Under the pieces are notes generated by a model. It had not been told where the DNA came from. It saw nothing but the letters and a program-made list of their open reading frames with translations, and ran no database searches. The position numbers and the translations under genes were made by a program. From Christensenellales bacterium (GTDB taxonomy: Bacteria > Bacillota > Clostridia > Christensenellales > UMGS416), in assembly GCA_050942555.1 (NCBI GenBank), contig JBMNNN010000001.1:1-42207 (forward strand): a stretch of DNA of 42,207 nucleotides, in the 5' to 3' direction. The first letter of the stretch is position 1. Each line of letters starts with the position of its first letter. Shown piece by piece: positions 8,294-23,540 of this stretch.

Positions 8294-8329
8294 GAAATGC
8301 GTACCGCATATCGCCCTATATACAATCAT

Positions 8330-8357
8330 AAAGCCCCCGGGGTTGCCGGGGGCTTTT
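8330..8357. terminator. bidirectional rho-independent terminator between convergent dusB and galE
   Basis: AAAGCCCCCGG (8330-8340), 5-nt loop, CCGGGGGCTTT (8346-8356). The A-tract on one side and T-tract on the other allow it to act on both strands. Confidence 0.75.
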
Positions 8358-8369
8358 AATGAGCGGGTA

Positions 8370-9380
8370 TTAATAACCGAGCATCCGGGGCCGGACCTCG
8401 TGAACCCAGCGCAGCGCGTCGGCGATCGTCTGCGTCAGGGAAAGCTCGGTCTTCCAGCCCAGCAGCCTGGCCGCCCGGTCGGCGCTCGCGTAGGCTCCGG
8501 CCACATCGCCGTCGCGGGGCGGCGCTTCCTCCTTGGGGATCGGCCTGCCCCATACGGTCTCAAAAGCGGCAACCAGCTCGCGAACCGTAACGCCCCGTCC
8601 CGAGCCCAGGTTGATGGGTATATAGTCTCCTCCGAACGCGTCGAATGCCGCTTCGAAACGCTCCACCGCCAATACGTGGGCGCGCGCCAGATCCCAGACA
8701 TGCAGGTAGTCGCGTATGCCCGAGCCGTCGCGGGTGGGCCAGTCGACGCCTGTGATGCGGAATATCGGGATCCTGCCCGAGGCGACGTCGGCCAGTATGT
8801 CCAGCACGTGCGTGGGGGCCTCGTCGTAGGGACCCGTCCGCATCGCGGGATCCGCGCCGATGGGGTTAAAGTACCGCAGCGCGATCGAGCGGAAATGCAG
8901 CGCCCGGCTCATGTCTTCGAGCATCATTTCGATCATATGCTTGGTGCGGGCGTAGGGGCTGTCGGGAGCGTGGGGCGTGTCTTCCGAAACCTCAAAATCC
9001 GCTCCTGTGTTGCTGCCGTATATCGATGCGCTGCTGGAAAATATGATCCGCTTACAGCCCAGCTCGCCCAGGGCGCGGAAAAGCTCCAGCGATTTGACGA
9101 CGTTTTCGTGATAATACAGGTACGGATGGGCGACCGACTCGGGTACGACGATGAGCGCGGCGAAATGCAGCGCTGCGCCGATGTCGGGGTGCTCCCGGAA
9201 AATGCGTCCGAGCAGCTCCCGGTCCGCGATGTCTCCCTCGTAGAATGGATACCGCACCGCGTACTCGCGGCGGCCGCGTATCAGCGAATCCAGTATGATG
9301 GGCGTGTGTCCTGCGTCCTCCAGCGCCGAGGCGGTGGTGGAGCCGATGTATCCGGCCCCGCCGGTTACCAACACTTTCAT
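8370..9380 (-). CDS. galE: UDP-glucose 4-epimerase
   Basis: MKVLVTGGAGYIGS (Rossmann GxxGxxG), catalytic SPYARTK (YxxxK), RYFNPIGA. Start reset from 9524 to the ATG at 9380 after AGGAGA. Confidence 0.9.
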   Translation of the reverse strand: MKVLVTGGAGYIGSTTASALEDAGHTPIILDSLIRGRREYAVRYPFYEGDIADRELLGRIFREHPDIGAALHFAALIVVPESVAHPYLYYHENVVKSLELFRALGELGCKRIIFSSSASIYGSNTGADFEVSEDTPHAPDSPYARTKHMIEMMLEDMSRALHFRSIALRYFNPIGADPAMRTGPYDEAPTHVLDILADVASGRIPIFRITGVDWPTRDGSGIRDYLHVWDLARAHVLAVERFEAAFDAFGGDYIPINLGSGRGVTVRELVAAFETVWGRPIPKEEAPPRDGDVAGAYASADRAARLLGWKTELSLTQTIADALRWVHEVRPRMLGY

Positions 9381-9407
9381 AGCGAGTCTCCTTGCATTCT
9401 TCTGCTT

Positions 9408-9436
9408 ATTATAAACCTTCCCGGGTCGGAATGGAA
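9408..9436 (-). promoter_or_regulatory. putative galE promoter
   Basis: Minus strand: TTCCAT (9436-9431), 17 nt, TATAAT (9413-9408), about 28 nt upstream of the galE ATG. The -35 is weak. Confidence 0.35.
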
Positions 9437-9630
9437 TAACTGCCGAGCCGGATGCGATACGGTTCGCTGCTGCCAGCATTCTTTTATTAGTGGCAACAGA
9501 ATATCCGTATCCAGCGGGAGTCATCCTTATGTAATATCACATCAAGACCGATCGAAGTTTTTCTTTCAGAAAAGTGTAACCTATGTTTGACGCCCGTACA
9601 AAAACAATACGGAAAAAAGTGACAAAGACG

Positions 9631-9659
9631 TTGACACCTTTTGATTTTCTTGATATAAT
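9631..9659 (+). promoter_or_regulatory. consensus sigma-A promoter upstream of rpoB
   Basis: TTGACA (9631-9636), exactly 17 nt, TATAAT (9654-9659). A-rich upstream region. Implies a leader of about 240 nt before rpoB. Confidence 0.6.
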
Positions 9660-9904
9660 ACCCCATTGTACCAGTATGTATTATCCTGCGCTATTATGCC
9701 CATTTCCCCGAGCGCAAAAGGGGAGGGGGCATCATGCGCGTCGCAGCGGTGAGCCGGGAACGATCTTATTGTACAGGGTTTGGGACTGGTTTGCAAGGGA
9801 ATAATACATACGGGCATGTCCGCCCCGCCGCGGCGGGGGATACCGCCCCTTCGTGCGGGGCGCGGATTGTTACTCGACAATGAATTAGGGGTGTGAGGCA
9901 TTTT

Positions 9905-13642
<3,738 letters not shown>

Positions 13643-13719
13643 CGTCGGCGCGTTTCAGCGCGCAGGCCCGTGCCTTCCAACGGCATCATTGCTGACAAGT
13701 ACAGAAGGGAGCGACCTCT

Positions 13720-16700
13720 TTGTTCGAACAAAATGCATTTGACGCGATTCGCATCGGCCTTGCATCCCCGGAGAAGATACTCGAGTGGTCCCGGGGAGAG
13801 GTCACCAAACCCGAAACCATCAACTACCGGACCCTCAAGCCCGAGCGGGACGGTCTTTTCTGCGAGCGCATATTCGGGCCCACGAAGGACTGGGAATGCC
13901 ACTGCGGCAAGTACAAGCGCATCCGCTACAAGGGCATCGTATGCGACAAATGCGGCGTGGAAGTCACGCGCAGCAAGGTGCGCCGCGAGCGCATGGGCCA
14001 CATACAGCTGGCGGCTCCGGTATCCCACATATGGTATTTCCGGGCCATCCCGAGCCGGATGGGGCTGCTGCTCGACATGTCGCCCCGCGCACTGGACAAG
14101 GTGCTCTATTTCGCGGCGTTTGTCGTCACCGATCCGGGCGACACGCCCCTTGAATACAAGCAGCTGCTCACCGACAGGGAGTACCGCGAGCAGATGGATA
14201 TGTACGAGGGCCGCTTCAAGGCCGGCATGGGCGCCGAGGCGATCAAGGAACTGCTCCTCAAGATCGACCTCGACCAGCAGGCCAATGAGCTCAAGGACAT
14301 CATCGCGAATTCGACCGGGCAGAAAAAGCTGCGCGCCGTCAAGCGCCTCGAGGTCGTCGAGGCATTCCGCCAGTCGGGCAACCGCCCCGAATGGATGATA
14401 CTGGACGTGATTCCGGTCATCCCGCCCGAGATACGGCCCATGGTGCAGCTGGACGGCGGCCGCTTCGCGACATCGGATCTCAACGATCTCTACCGCCGGG
14501 TCATCAACCGCAACAACCGGCTAAAGCGCCTGCTGGACCTGGGCGCTCCCGATATCATCGTGCGCAACGAGAAGCGGATGCTCCAGGAGGCCGTCGACGC
14601 GCTGATCGACAACGGCCGCCGCGGTCGTCCGGTCACCGGACCGGGGAACCGGCCCCTTAAAAGCCTGTCCGACATGCTGCGCGGCAAGCAGGGGCGCTTC
14701 CGTCAGAACCTTCTGGGAAAGCGCGTCGACTACTCGGGCCGCTCGGTCATCGTGGTGGGTCCCGACCTTAAAATGTACCAGTGCGGCCTGCCAAAGGAAA
14801 TGGCGCTCGAGCTTTTCAAGCCCTTCGTGATGAAGGAGCTGGTGGAGAAGGGATTCGCCCACAACATCAAGTCGGCCAAGCGCATGGTCGAACGCGTGCG
14901 TCCCGAGGTCTGGGACATACTCGAACAGGTCATCAAGGAGCATCCGGTGCTGCTGAACCGCGCTCCGACGCTGCACAGGCTGGGCATACAGGCCTTTGAG
15001 CCCGTACTCGTCGAGGGCAAGGCGCTGCGCATCCATCCGCTGGTCTGTACCGCATACAACGCGGACTTCGACGGCGACCAGATGGCGGTGCATGTGCCGC
15101 TGTCGGTCGAGGCGCAGGCCGAGGCCCGTTTCCTGATGTTGGCCTCCAACAACATGCTCAAGCCCGTGGACGGCAATCCGGTCGTGTGTCCGACACAGGA
15201 TATGGTTATCGGCATATACTATCTCACGCTGGAGCGCCCGGGCGCCAGGGGCGAGGGCCGCTTCTTCTGCGACAAGAACGAGGCGATCATGGCCTATCAG
15301 GTCGGAGACATCGACCTGCAGGCCAAGGTGCATGTCCGCGTCAGGCGCGGTGAGGGAGCCGAGGCCCGCAGCACGATGCTGCATACGACGACCGGCCGGA
15401 TCATATTCAACGAGGCCATCCCGCAGGATCTGGGGTTTGTGGATCGCTCCCGCCCCGAGAACGAGCTCGCTCTTGAAATCGACGAGCTTGTGACCGACCG
15501 GCTGCTGGCGCGCATCGTGGACAGGGTCTACCGCCTGCACGGCAACACGAAAACCGCGCAGATGATGGACCGCATCAAGGATCTTGGCTTTATGTACTCG
15601 ACGCTGGGCGCGATTACGGTATCGGTTTCGGACATCGTGGTCCCGAAGGAAAAGTCGGAGCTCATCGCCAGGGCCGAGGAACAGGTACAGCGTGTCGAGG
15701 AGGCGTTCCGCGAAGGGCTAATATCCGACGAGGAGCGCTACGAGCGCGTGGTACAGACCTGGAAGGATACGACCGACGCCGTCACCGAAGCGCTGATGCA
15801 TTCGCTGGATCAGTTTAACCCGATCTACATGATGTCCCATTCGGGCGCGCGCGGCAACACGAACCAGATCCGTCAGCTCGCGGGCATGAGGGGCATGGTG
15901 GCCAACCCTTCGGGGCGCATCATCGAGATGCCCATCCGCGCCAACTTCCGCGAAGGCCTGACGGTGCTCGAGTTCTTCATTTCCTCCCACGGTACCCGCA
16001 AGGGCCTGGCCGACACGGCGCTGCGCACCGCCGACTCGGGGTACCTGACGCGGCGTCTGGTCGACGTGTCGCAGGACGTCATCATCCGCAACGAGGACTG
16101 CTTCGCCGTGCGGGGCGAGCGGGTGCGGGGCATCGTCGCCCGCGCCATCAACGACGGCAGCCGCGTGATCGAGACGCTGCGCGACCGCATCGCCGGGCGG
16201 GTAACGGTGAACAACATACTGCACCCGCTGACCGGCGAGGTGCTCGCGCAGGCCAACGAAATTATATCGCACCAGATGGCCGACTTCATTACCGAGCTTA
16301 AATGGTACGAGGCCACAGCCGACATCATGGATCCCGAGACGGGAGCGGTGCTGCATGCCTCCGGGAGCCAGTTTGACGAGGCCGAGTACGAGCGCCTTCG
16401 CGCAATGGCGGGCATCGCGGATCCTCTCCCGGTCAGGGAGCGTTTCATACAGGAGGTCGAGATTCGCTCGGCGCTTACCTGCCGCAACGAGTCGGGCGTG
16501 TGCTCCAAGTGCTACGGTCTGGATCTGGCGACCGGAGAGCCCGTTCACGAGGGCGAGACGGTGGGAATCATCGCCGCGCAGTCGATCGGCGAGCCCGGCA
16601 CGCAGCTGACGATGCGCACGTTCCACACGGGCGGCGTAGCGGGCGACGACATCACGCAGGGTCTTCCCCGCGTCGAGGAGCTTTTCGAGGCGCGCAAGCC

Positions 16701-17433
16701 CAAGGGACTGGCCGTCATCTCCGAGATCGGCGGACGCGTTTCGCTGGGCGATCCGCGCAAGCGCGAGGTGATCATCACCTCCGAGGATGAGTCCAAGACC
16801 TATACGATACCGTTCGGCTCGCGCCTGGCTGTGGAGGAGGGGCAGATCATCGAGGCTGGCGACAGCCTGACAGAGGGCTCGGTCTATCCGCACGATATAC
16901 TCAAGATCAAGGGCGTCAAGGGCGTACAGGCGTATCTGCTAAAGGAAGTCCAGACGGTATACCGGCTCCAGGGCGTAGAGATCGCCGACAAGCACATCGA
17001 GATCGTGCTGCGGCAGATGCTGCGCAAGGTGCGCATCGAGGATTCGGGCGACACAACGATGCTGCCCGGGTCGCTCGTCGATATATTCGAGTTCGAGCGC
17101 GAGAACGAGCGGGTCGTGGCCGAGGACATGAACCCTGCAACCGCGATGCGGGTACTGCTGGGCATCACAAAGGCGAGCCTGGCGACCAATTCCTTCCTGT
17201 CGGCGGCTTCGTTCCAGGAGACGACGCGCGTGCTGACCGAGGCCGCGATCAAGGGCTATGTCGATCCCTTAATGGGGCTTAAGGAAAACGTGATCATCGG
17301 AAAGCTCATTCCCGCCGGAACCGGCATGAAGAAGTACCGCGAGCTGCGCATCAATACCGACTATGTGATTCCTGAGCAGGAGCCAGACCAGCTTGCCGAG
17401 GAAATGGACGAACTGCTGCAGCACGAGCTGTAA
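13720..17433 (+). CDS. rpoC: DNA-directed RNA polymerase subunit beta-prime
   Basis: Zn-binding CHCGKYK...CDKCGVEV, catalytic NADFDGD, trigger loop [19 protein letters not shown] start at 13720 follows AAGGGAG. Confidence 0.97.
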   Translation: MFEQNAFDAIRIGLASPEKILEWSRGEVTKPETINYRTLKPERDGLFCERIFGPTKDWECHCGKYKRIRYKGIVCDKCGVEVTRSKVRRERMGHIQLAAPVSHIWYFRAIPSRMGLLLDMSPRALDKVLYFAAFVVTDPGDTPLEYKQLLTDREYREQMDMYEGRFKAGMGAEAIKELLLKIDLDQQANELKDIIANSTGQKKLRAVKRLEVVEAFRQSGNRPEWMILDVIPVIPPEIRPMVQLDGGRFATSDLNDLYRRVINRNNRLKRLLDLGAPDIIVRNEKRMLQEAVDALIDNGRRGRPVTGPGNRPLKSLSDMLRGKQGRFRQNLLGKRVDYSGRSVIVVGPDLKMYQCGLPKEMALELFKPFVMKELVEKGFAHNIKSAKRMVERVRPEVWDILEQVIKEHPVLLNRAPTLHRLGIQAFEPVLVEGKALRIHPLVCTAYNADFDGDQMAVHVPLSVEAQAEARFLMLASNNMLKPVDGNPVVCPTQDMVIGIYYLTLERPGARGEGRFFCDKNEAIMAYQVGDIDLQAKVHVRVRRGEGAEARSTMLHTTTGRIIFNEAIPQDLGFVDRSRPENELALEIDELVTDRLLARIVDRVYRLHGNTKTAQMMDRIKDLGFMYSTLGAITVSVSDIVVPKEKSELIARAEEQVQRVEEAFREGLISDEERYERVVQTWKDTTDAVTEALMHSLDQFNPIYMMSHSGARGNTNQIRQLAGMRGMVANPSGRIIEMPIRANFREGLTVLEFFISSHGTRKGLADTALRTADSGYLTRRLVDVSQDVIIRNEDCFAVRGERVRGIVARAINDGSRVIETLRDRIAGRVTVNNILHPLTGEVLAQANEIISHQMADFITELKWYEATADIMDPETGAVLHASGSQFDEAEYERLRAMAGIADPLPVRERFIQEVEIRSALTCRNESGVCSKCYGLDLATGEPVHEGETVGIIAAQSIGEPGTQLTMRTFHTGGVAGDDITQGLPRVEELFEARKPKGLAVISEIGGRVSLGDPRKREVIITSEDESKTYTIPFGSRLAVEEGQIIEAGDSLTEGSVYPHDILKIKGVKGVQAYLLKEVQTVYRLQGVEIADKHIEIVLRQMLRKVRIEDSGDTTMLPGSLVDIFEFERENERVVAEDMNPATAMRVLLGITKASLATNSFLSAASFQETTRVLTEAAIKGYVDPLMGLKENVIIGKLIPAGTGMKKYRELRINTDYVIPEQEPDQLAEEMDELLQHEL

Positions 17434-17443
17434 TATACGCGGA

Positions 17444-17495
17444 TTTCCCCGGATCGGGCGCGCCCCCGACCGGGGAAACCGCCAGATATTTTTTA
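17444..17495 (+). terminator. putative terminator after rpoC
   Basis: TTTCCCCGG/A/TCGGG (17444-17458) pairs with CCCGA/CCGGGGAAA (17465-17478), about 14 bp. The T-run (ATTTTTTAT) begins about 10 nt downstream, which is not ideal spacing. Confidence 0.5.
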
Positions 17496-17524
17496 TTGAC
17501 ACCAATACAATCCTTTGGTAGAAT
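17496..17524 (+). promoter_or_regulatory. near-consensus sigma-A promoter for the L7Ae-rpsL-rpsG-fusA-tuf unit
   Basis: TTGACA (17496-17501), 17 nt, TAGAAT (17519-17524), preceded by a TGg extended -10 element. Confidence 0.6.
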
Positions 17525-17571
17525 ATCGGGGCGTGTGAGCCCGAGGGCTTGAAGGAGGACGCAATTTAACC

Positions 17572-17853
17572 GTGAACGATCTGGCTGATCCCCGAAAACG
17601 TATCGTCGGCACCAAAGAGGTGCTGCGGATGGTGCGGGAGGGCAGAGCCTGCACAGTCTACATCGCCGAGGATGCCGACGAGCATATCCGCCAGAAGATT
17701 CTCAGGGCATGCAGCGAAGGAGGAGCCGCCGACGTGCGCATGGTTCCTACAATGGCTGAGCTGGGCGCAGCCTGCCGCATCGAAGTGGGCGCCGCGGCGG
17801 CCTGCGTAACCGAGGAAGAATGCCTGGGAAAACAAGGTTCCCGCGTGGGTTGA
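17572..17853 (+). CDS. ybxF: ribosomal protein L7Ae-family (YbxF-like) K-turn-binding protein
   Basis: IVGTKEVLRMVREGRACTVYIAEDAD...MAELGAACRIEVGAAAA parallels Bacillus YbxF as I recall it. Conserved Firmicute position between rpoC and rpsL. GTG start follows GAAGGAGGA. Confidence 0.85.
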   Translation: MNDLADPRKRIVGTKEVLRMVREGRACTVYIAEDADEHIRQKILRACSEGGAADVRMVPTMAELGAACRIEVGAAAACVTEEECLGKQGSRVG

Positions 17854-17906
17854 GGGAACTTCCGTAATGGATAAAGAACTGGAAGTAAGGAGGTGAAGGA
17901 GAAAAA

Positions 17907-18281
17907 ATGCCTACGATTAATCAAATCGTTCGCCAGGGGCGGCAGCGGATAAAAAAGAAGTCGAAGTCGCCCATCATGGAGAAATGTCCGCAAAAACGCG
18001 GCATGTGCCTGGCGGTCCGCACCGATACGCCCAAGAAGCCCAATTCGGCGCTTCGCAAGTTCGCAAGGGTGCGTCTGACCAACGGCAGGGAAGGCAACGC
18101 CTATATTTCCGGTATCGGCCACAATCTGCAGGAGCACTCGGTGGTGCTGATACGCGGGGGCAGGGTGCGCGATCTTCCAGGTGTCCGCTATCATATTATC
18201 CGCGGCGCGCTGGATGCCGCAGGAGTCGAGGGACGCAGGCAGGCTCGTTCCTGCTACGGCGCCAAACGCCCCAAGACCTGA
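17907..18281 (+). CDS. rpsL: 30S ribosomal protein S12
   Basis: [12 protein letters not shown]...[19 protein letters not shown]...[34 protein letters not shown]. Confidence 0.98.
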   Translation: MPTINQIVRQGRQRIKKKSKSPIMEKCPQKRGMCLAVRTDTPKKPNSALRKFARVRLTNGREGNAYISGIGHNLQEHSVVLIRGGRVRDLPGVRYHIIRGALDAAGVEGRRQARSCYGAKRPKT

Positions 18282-18402
18282 TTTCCGAGAATTCGGGCGA
18301 CCCGTTTTTGACCGCCGAATCCGGATAGAAAACGAAACGCCCAGCGAAAACCGGCCCCAGGGCCGGCGTTTCGTGGTATTGACCTAGAAGGAGGTAGTAC
18401 TC

Positions 18403-18873
18403 ATGCCAAGACGCGCAGACATAGCTCCGCGCGCGGTGCTGCCTGACCCGGTTTATGGCAACATGGTGGTCACCAAGCTCATCAACCAGGTCATGCGTGA
18501 CGGCAAAAAGGGCATCGCACAGCGAGTCTGTTATGATGCATTCAATATCGTACAGAATAAGACCGGGCGCGATCCGATCGAAGTATTTGAGCAGGCGATC
18601 AACAATATCATGCCGGTGCTGGAGGTCAAGGCCCGCCGGGTCGGCGGCTCGACCTACCAGGTTCCCGTCGAGGTCAGGCCCGCGCGCCGCCAGACGCTGG
18701 GGATCCGCTGGCTGGTTTCCTTCGCCCGGGCCCGCGGCGAGCGGACCATGAGCGAGAAGCTGGCAGGCGAGATCATCGACGCGGCCTCAGGCGGCGGTAA
18801 CGCGGTCAAGCGCAAGGAAGACATGCACCGCATGGCGGAAGCCAACCGCGCATTCGCGCACTACCGCTGGTAA
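18403..18873 (+). CDS. rpsG: 30S ribosomal protein S7
   Basis: [20 protein letters not shown]...[21 protein letters not shown]...[19 protein letters not shown]. Confidence 0.98.
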   Translation: MPRRADIAPRAVLPDPVYGNMVVTKLINQVMRDGKKGIAQRVCYDAFNIVQNKTGRDPIEVFEQAINNIMPVLEVKARRVGGSTYQVPVEVRPARRQTLGIRWLVSFARARGERTMSEKLAGEIIDAASGGGNAVKRKEDMHRMAEANRAFAHYRW

Positions 18874-18931
18874 AGGCGAAACCCGCTTTTGTATCATAGT
18901 ATAGGAAGGTACCAGGGAAGGAGGTGTCATC

Positions 18932-20998
18932 ATGGACAGGAAAATACCCATTGAGCGCGTGCGAAACGTAGGGATCATGGCGCATATCGACGCTGGGAAA
19001 ACCACGACAACCGAGCGGATCCTTTTCTATACCGGCAAGGTCCATCGCATGGGCGAGGTCCATGAAGGCGCCGCCACCATGGACTTTATGGAAGAGGAAC
19101 AGCAGCGCGGCATCACGATCTCGTCGGCCGCGACCACGGCCTACTGGCGCGATCACCGCATCAATATCATCGATACGCCCGGCCATGTGGACTTCACGAT
19201 CGAAGTCGAGCGTTCGCTGCGCATACTGGACGGCGCGGTGGCCGTGTTTTGCGGCAAGGGCGGCGTGGAATGCCAGTCGGAAACGGTCTGGCGCCAGGCC
19301 AACCGCTACGGCGTGCCCCGCATTGCCTATGTCAACAAGATGGACATCCGCGGAGCGGACTTCCTCCGGGTTGTGGGCATGATCCGCGACAGGCTGGGCG
19401 CAAACCCGCTTCCCGTGCAGTTCCCCATCGGGGTCGGGGAGGATTTCCGGGGCATCGTCGACCTGGTGCGCAACCGGGCGATCCTGTACAAGGACGAGCT
19501 GGGCACCGAGCAGGAAGCGACGGATATCCCCGCCGACATGCAGGAAAAGGCCGCAGAGTACCGCACGGCGATCGTGGAAGCGATCGCCGGGACGCGCGAG
19601 GATCTGATGGATATATACTTCGAGCAGGGCGACCTGCCCGAGGATGTGCTCATCCGCGGTATCCGGGAAGCCACCTGCTCGGGCGCAGTCATTCCGGTGC
19701 TGTGCGGAAGCTCATACCGCAACAAGGGCGTTCAGATGCTGCTGGACGCGATCGTAGACTATCTTCCCTCTCCGCTGGACGTCGAGCAGCATCCGGGGCA
19801 TAACCCGGACACCGGAGAAGAAGAAGTGCGCGAGCAAAGCGACGAGGCGCCGCTGTCGGCGCTGGCGTTCAAGATCATGAGCGATCCTTTTGTGGGCAAG
19901 CTTGCGTATATCAGGATCTATTCGGGCACGCTGGCACAGGGCACAGCGGTTTATAACGCGACGCGCGGCAAACGGGAGCGGATCGGACGGATACTGCTGA
20001 TGCATGCCAACCACCGCGAGGAAATACAGGAGGCGCGCGCCGGCGAAATCGTCGCGGCCGTGGGCCTTAAAAACGTCATGACCGGCGATACGCTGTGTGA
20101 CGAGAAGCACCTGATACTGCTGGAGTCCATCGATTTCCCCGAGCCGGTCATCCAGGTCGCGATCGAGCCAAAGACCAAGGCGGGACAGGACAAGATGACC
20201 ACCGCGCTGGTGCGGCTGGCTCAGGAGGATCCGACATTCAGGACCTATACCGACCAGGAGACCGGGCAGACGATCATCGCCGGGATGGGTGAGCTGCATC
20301 TGGAGATCATCACGTCGCGTCTGCTGCGGGAGTTCAAGGTCGAGGCCAATATCGGCAAGCCCCAGGTGTCTTACCGGGAGACGTTCACCCGTGCGGCCCG
20401 CGCCGAGGGCCGCTTTGTGCGGCAGACCGGAGGCCATGGCCAGTACGGCCACGTGGTCATCGAGCTGACGCCCCTTCAGCCGGGGGAAGGTATCCGTTTC
20501 GAGGACAGGGTCGTGGGCGGCGTCATACCCCGCGAGTTCATACCGGCGGTCGAGCAGGGCATCCGCGAGGCGGCCCATAACGGACCGCTGGGCGGATATG
20601 AAACGGTGGATTTCCATGTAGCGCTCGTGGACGGAAGCTACCACGAGGTCGACAGCTCCGAGATCGCGTTCAAGATCGCAGGCTCGATGGCGTTTCGCGA
20701 GGCGTGCAAAACCGCAGCGCCCGTGCTGCTGGAGCCGGTCATGCGCGTGGAGGTAGTCATCCCCGAGGAGTACATGGGCGATGTGATGGGCAACCTCAAT
20801 GCCCGGCGCGGCCATATCGAAGGCATGGAGCTTGTGGGAAGCTCCCAGGTCGTGCGCGCCACGGTGCCGCTATCGGAGATGTTCGGTTACGCGACGGATC
20901 TGCGCAGCCGGACGCAGGGGCGCGGAACCTTCACGATGCAGTTTGGGTATTTCTACCAGGTCCCGCAGGGGCTGGCGGAGAAGCTGATCGGAAAATAA
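18932..20998 (+). CDS. fusA: elongation factor G
   Basis: [38 protein letters not shown]. 688 aa in the canonical str-operon position. Confidence 0.98.
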   Translation: MDRKIPIERVRNVGIMAHIDAGKTTTTERILFYTGKVHRMGEVHEGAATMDFMEEEQQRGITISSAATTAYWRDHRINIIDTPGHVDFTIEVERSLRILDGAVAVFCGKGGVECQSETVWRQANRYGVPRIAYVNKMDIRGADFLRVVGMIRDRLGANPLPVQFPIGVGEDFRGIVDLVRNRAILYKDELGTEQEATDIPADMQEKAAEYRTAIVEAIAGTREDLMDIYFEQGDLPEDVLIRGIREATCSGAVIPVLCGSSYRNKGVQMLLDAIVDYLPSPLDVEQHPGHNPDTGEEEVREQSDEAPLSALAFKIMSDPFVGKLAYIRIYSGTLAQGTAVYNATRGKRERIGRILLMHANHREEIQEARAGEIVAAVGLKNVMTGDTLCDEKHLILLESIDFPEPVIQVAIEPKTKAGQDKMTTALVRLAQEDPTFRTYTDQETGQTIIAGMGELHLEIITSRLLREFKVEANIGKPQVSYRETFTRAARAEGRFVRQTGGHGQYGHVVIELTPLQPGEGIRFEDRVVGGVIPREFIPAVEQGIREAAHNGPLGGYETVDFHVALVDGSYHEVDSSEIAFKIAGSMAFREACKTAAPVLLEPVMRVEVVIPEEYMGDVMGNLNARRGHIEGMELVGSSQVVRATVPLSEMFGYATDLRSRTQGRGTFTMQFGYFYQVPQGLAEKLIGK

Positions 20999-21047
20999 AT
21001 ATACAACAATATATTTGTCACCGCAATGAAAGGGAGGCAGTTTACCA

Positions 21048-22262
<1,215 letters not shown>

Positions 22263-22285
22263 TCGACGTCAGTGGTTCCGGGCGA

Positions 22286-22308
22286 GGCGGCCGGCAAAAC
22301 CGGCCGCC
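22286..22308 (+). terminator. GC stem-loop after tuf (possible terminator or processing site, no U-tract)
   Basis: GGCGGCCGG (22286-22294), loop CAAAA, CCGGCCGCC (22300-22308). No T-run follows, so intrinsic termination is uncertain. Confidence 0.35.
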
Positions 22309-22344
22309 CCTGCCCGCTAAATTCTGGGTTCGACAAAAAAATAC

Positions 22345-22373
22345 TTGCATTCATGAAGTGTTTCGTGTATTAT
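22345..22373 (+). promoter_or_regulatory. putative sigma-A promoter of the S10 operon
   Basis: TTGCAT (22345-22350), 17 nt, TATTAT (22368-22373). A-rich upstream tract. About 175-nt leader before rpsJ. Confidence 0.45.
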
Positions 22374-22550
22374 TAGTAACTGCCGTCATTTGGGATGATG
22401 TGGGAGGTTGCCTGCGCAGGGCAGGGTAATTTCCACTGACAAATGTCCGTAAGATCGGGCGACGGGTCCAGGTGGACTCGCCGGTAAAATATTGGAGCGG
22501 CACACCCGGCGAAGTGTATTTGGCCCGGTCAAAAAACAGGAGGAATTCCG

Positions 22551-22859
22551 ATGGCAAGACAGAAAATCCGCATCAAGCTGAAGTCGTATGATCATAACCT
22601 CGTAGACCAGTCTGCAAAGCGGATCGTCGAAACGGCGCAGCGTACCGGCGCACAGGTGTCGGGGCCGATACCGCTGCCCACCGAAAAGGAAATCGTAACC
22701 ATTCTTCGCGCACCCCACAAATATAAGGACAGCCGCGAGCAGTTCGAGATGCGCACCCACAAGCGCCTCATCGACATCTATACCCCGACATCCAAAACAG
22801 TCGATCAGCTGATGCGCCAGGAGCTTCCCGCCGGCGTTGACATCGAGATCAAGCTGTGA
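22551..22859 (+). CDS. rpsJ: 30S ribosomal protein S10
   Basis: [34 protein letters not shown]...LPTEKE...[21 protein letters not shown]. Confidence 0.98.
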   Translation: MARQKIRIKLKSYDHNLVDQSAKRIVETAQRTGAQVSGPIPLPTEKEIVTILRAPHKYKDSREQFEMRTHKRLIDIYTPTSKTVDQLMRQELPAGVDIEIKL

Positions 22860-22879
22860 CAGGTCAGGAGGCGGAGTCG

Positions 22880-23512
22880 ATGAAGAAGGCAATACTTGGA
22901 TACAAGGTGGGCATGACCCAGATATTCGCGAAGGACGGTACGGTCATACCGGTGACTGTAATCGAAGCGGGACCGTGTACCGTCATCCGCAAGAAGACCG
23001 TCGAGCGCGACGGTTACAGCGCGCTGTGCGTCGGATTTGGGGACATCCGCGAGAAGCGCGTGAACAACCCCCGCATGGGCGAGTTCGAGAAGGCCGGGGT
23101 TCCCTGCCGCCGTTACCTGCGGGAGCTGCCCCTCGAGAACGCCGAATCCTACGAGGTCGGCCAGGACATCAAAGCCGATATATTCGCCGAGGGAGATTGG
23201 GTCGATGTGGCGGGCAGATCGCGCGGCCATGGATTTTCCGGCGTCATCAAGCGCTGGAACCAGCGTCGCGGGCCCATGACCCACGGCTCCAAATTCCACC
23301 GCGCCCCCGGTTCCCTGAACGCTACCTCAAGCCCGGGCCGCGTGTTTAAGGGCAAGCCGATGCCCGGTCGTTACGGCCACGAGAGGGTGACGGTACAGAA
23401 CCTCAGGGTCGTAAAGGTGGATGCCGAACGCAACATGCTGCTCATAAGCGGCGCTGTGCCGGGAAAGCGCGGCAGCCTGCTCATGATCCGCGACGCGGTC
23501 AAGAAGCAGTAG
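22880..23512 (+). CDS. rplC: 50S ribosomal protein L3
   Basis: [16 protein letters not shown]...VTVIEAGPC...[16 protein letters not shown]. Start reset from 22856 to the ATG at 22880 after CAGGAGG. Confidence 0.97.
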   Translation: MKKAILGYKVGMTQIFAKDGTVIPVTVIEAGPCTVIRKKTVERDGYSALCVGFGDIREKRVNNPRMGEFEKAGVPCRRYLRELPLENAESYEVGQDIKADIFAEGDWVDVAGRSRGHGFSGVIKRWNQRRGPMTHGSKFHRAPGSLNATSSPGRVFKGKPMPGRYGHERVTVQNLRVVKVDAERNMLLISGAVPGKRGSLLMIRDAVKKQ

Positions 23513-23540
23513 GCCGTCCATCGTAAAGGAGGAAACGACA

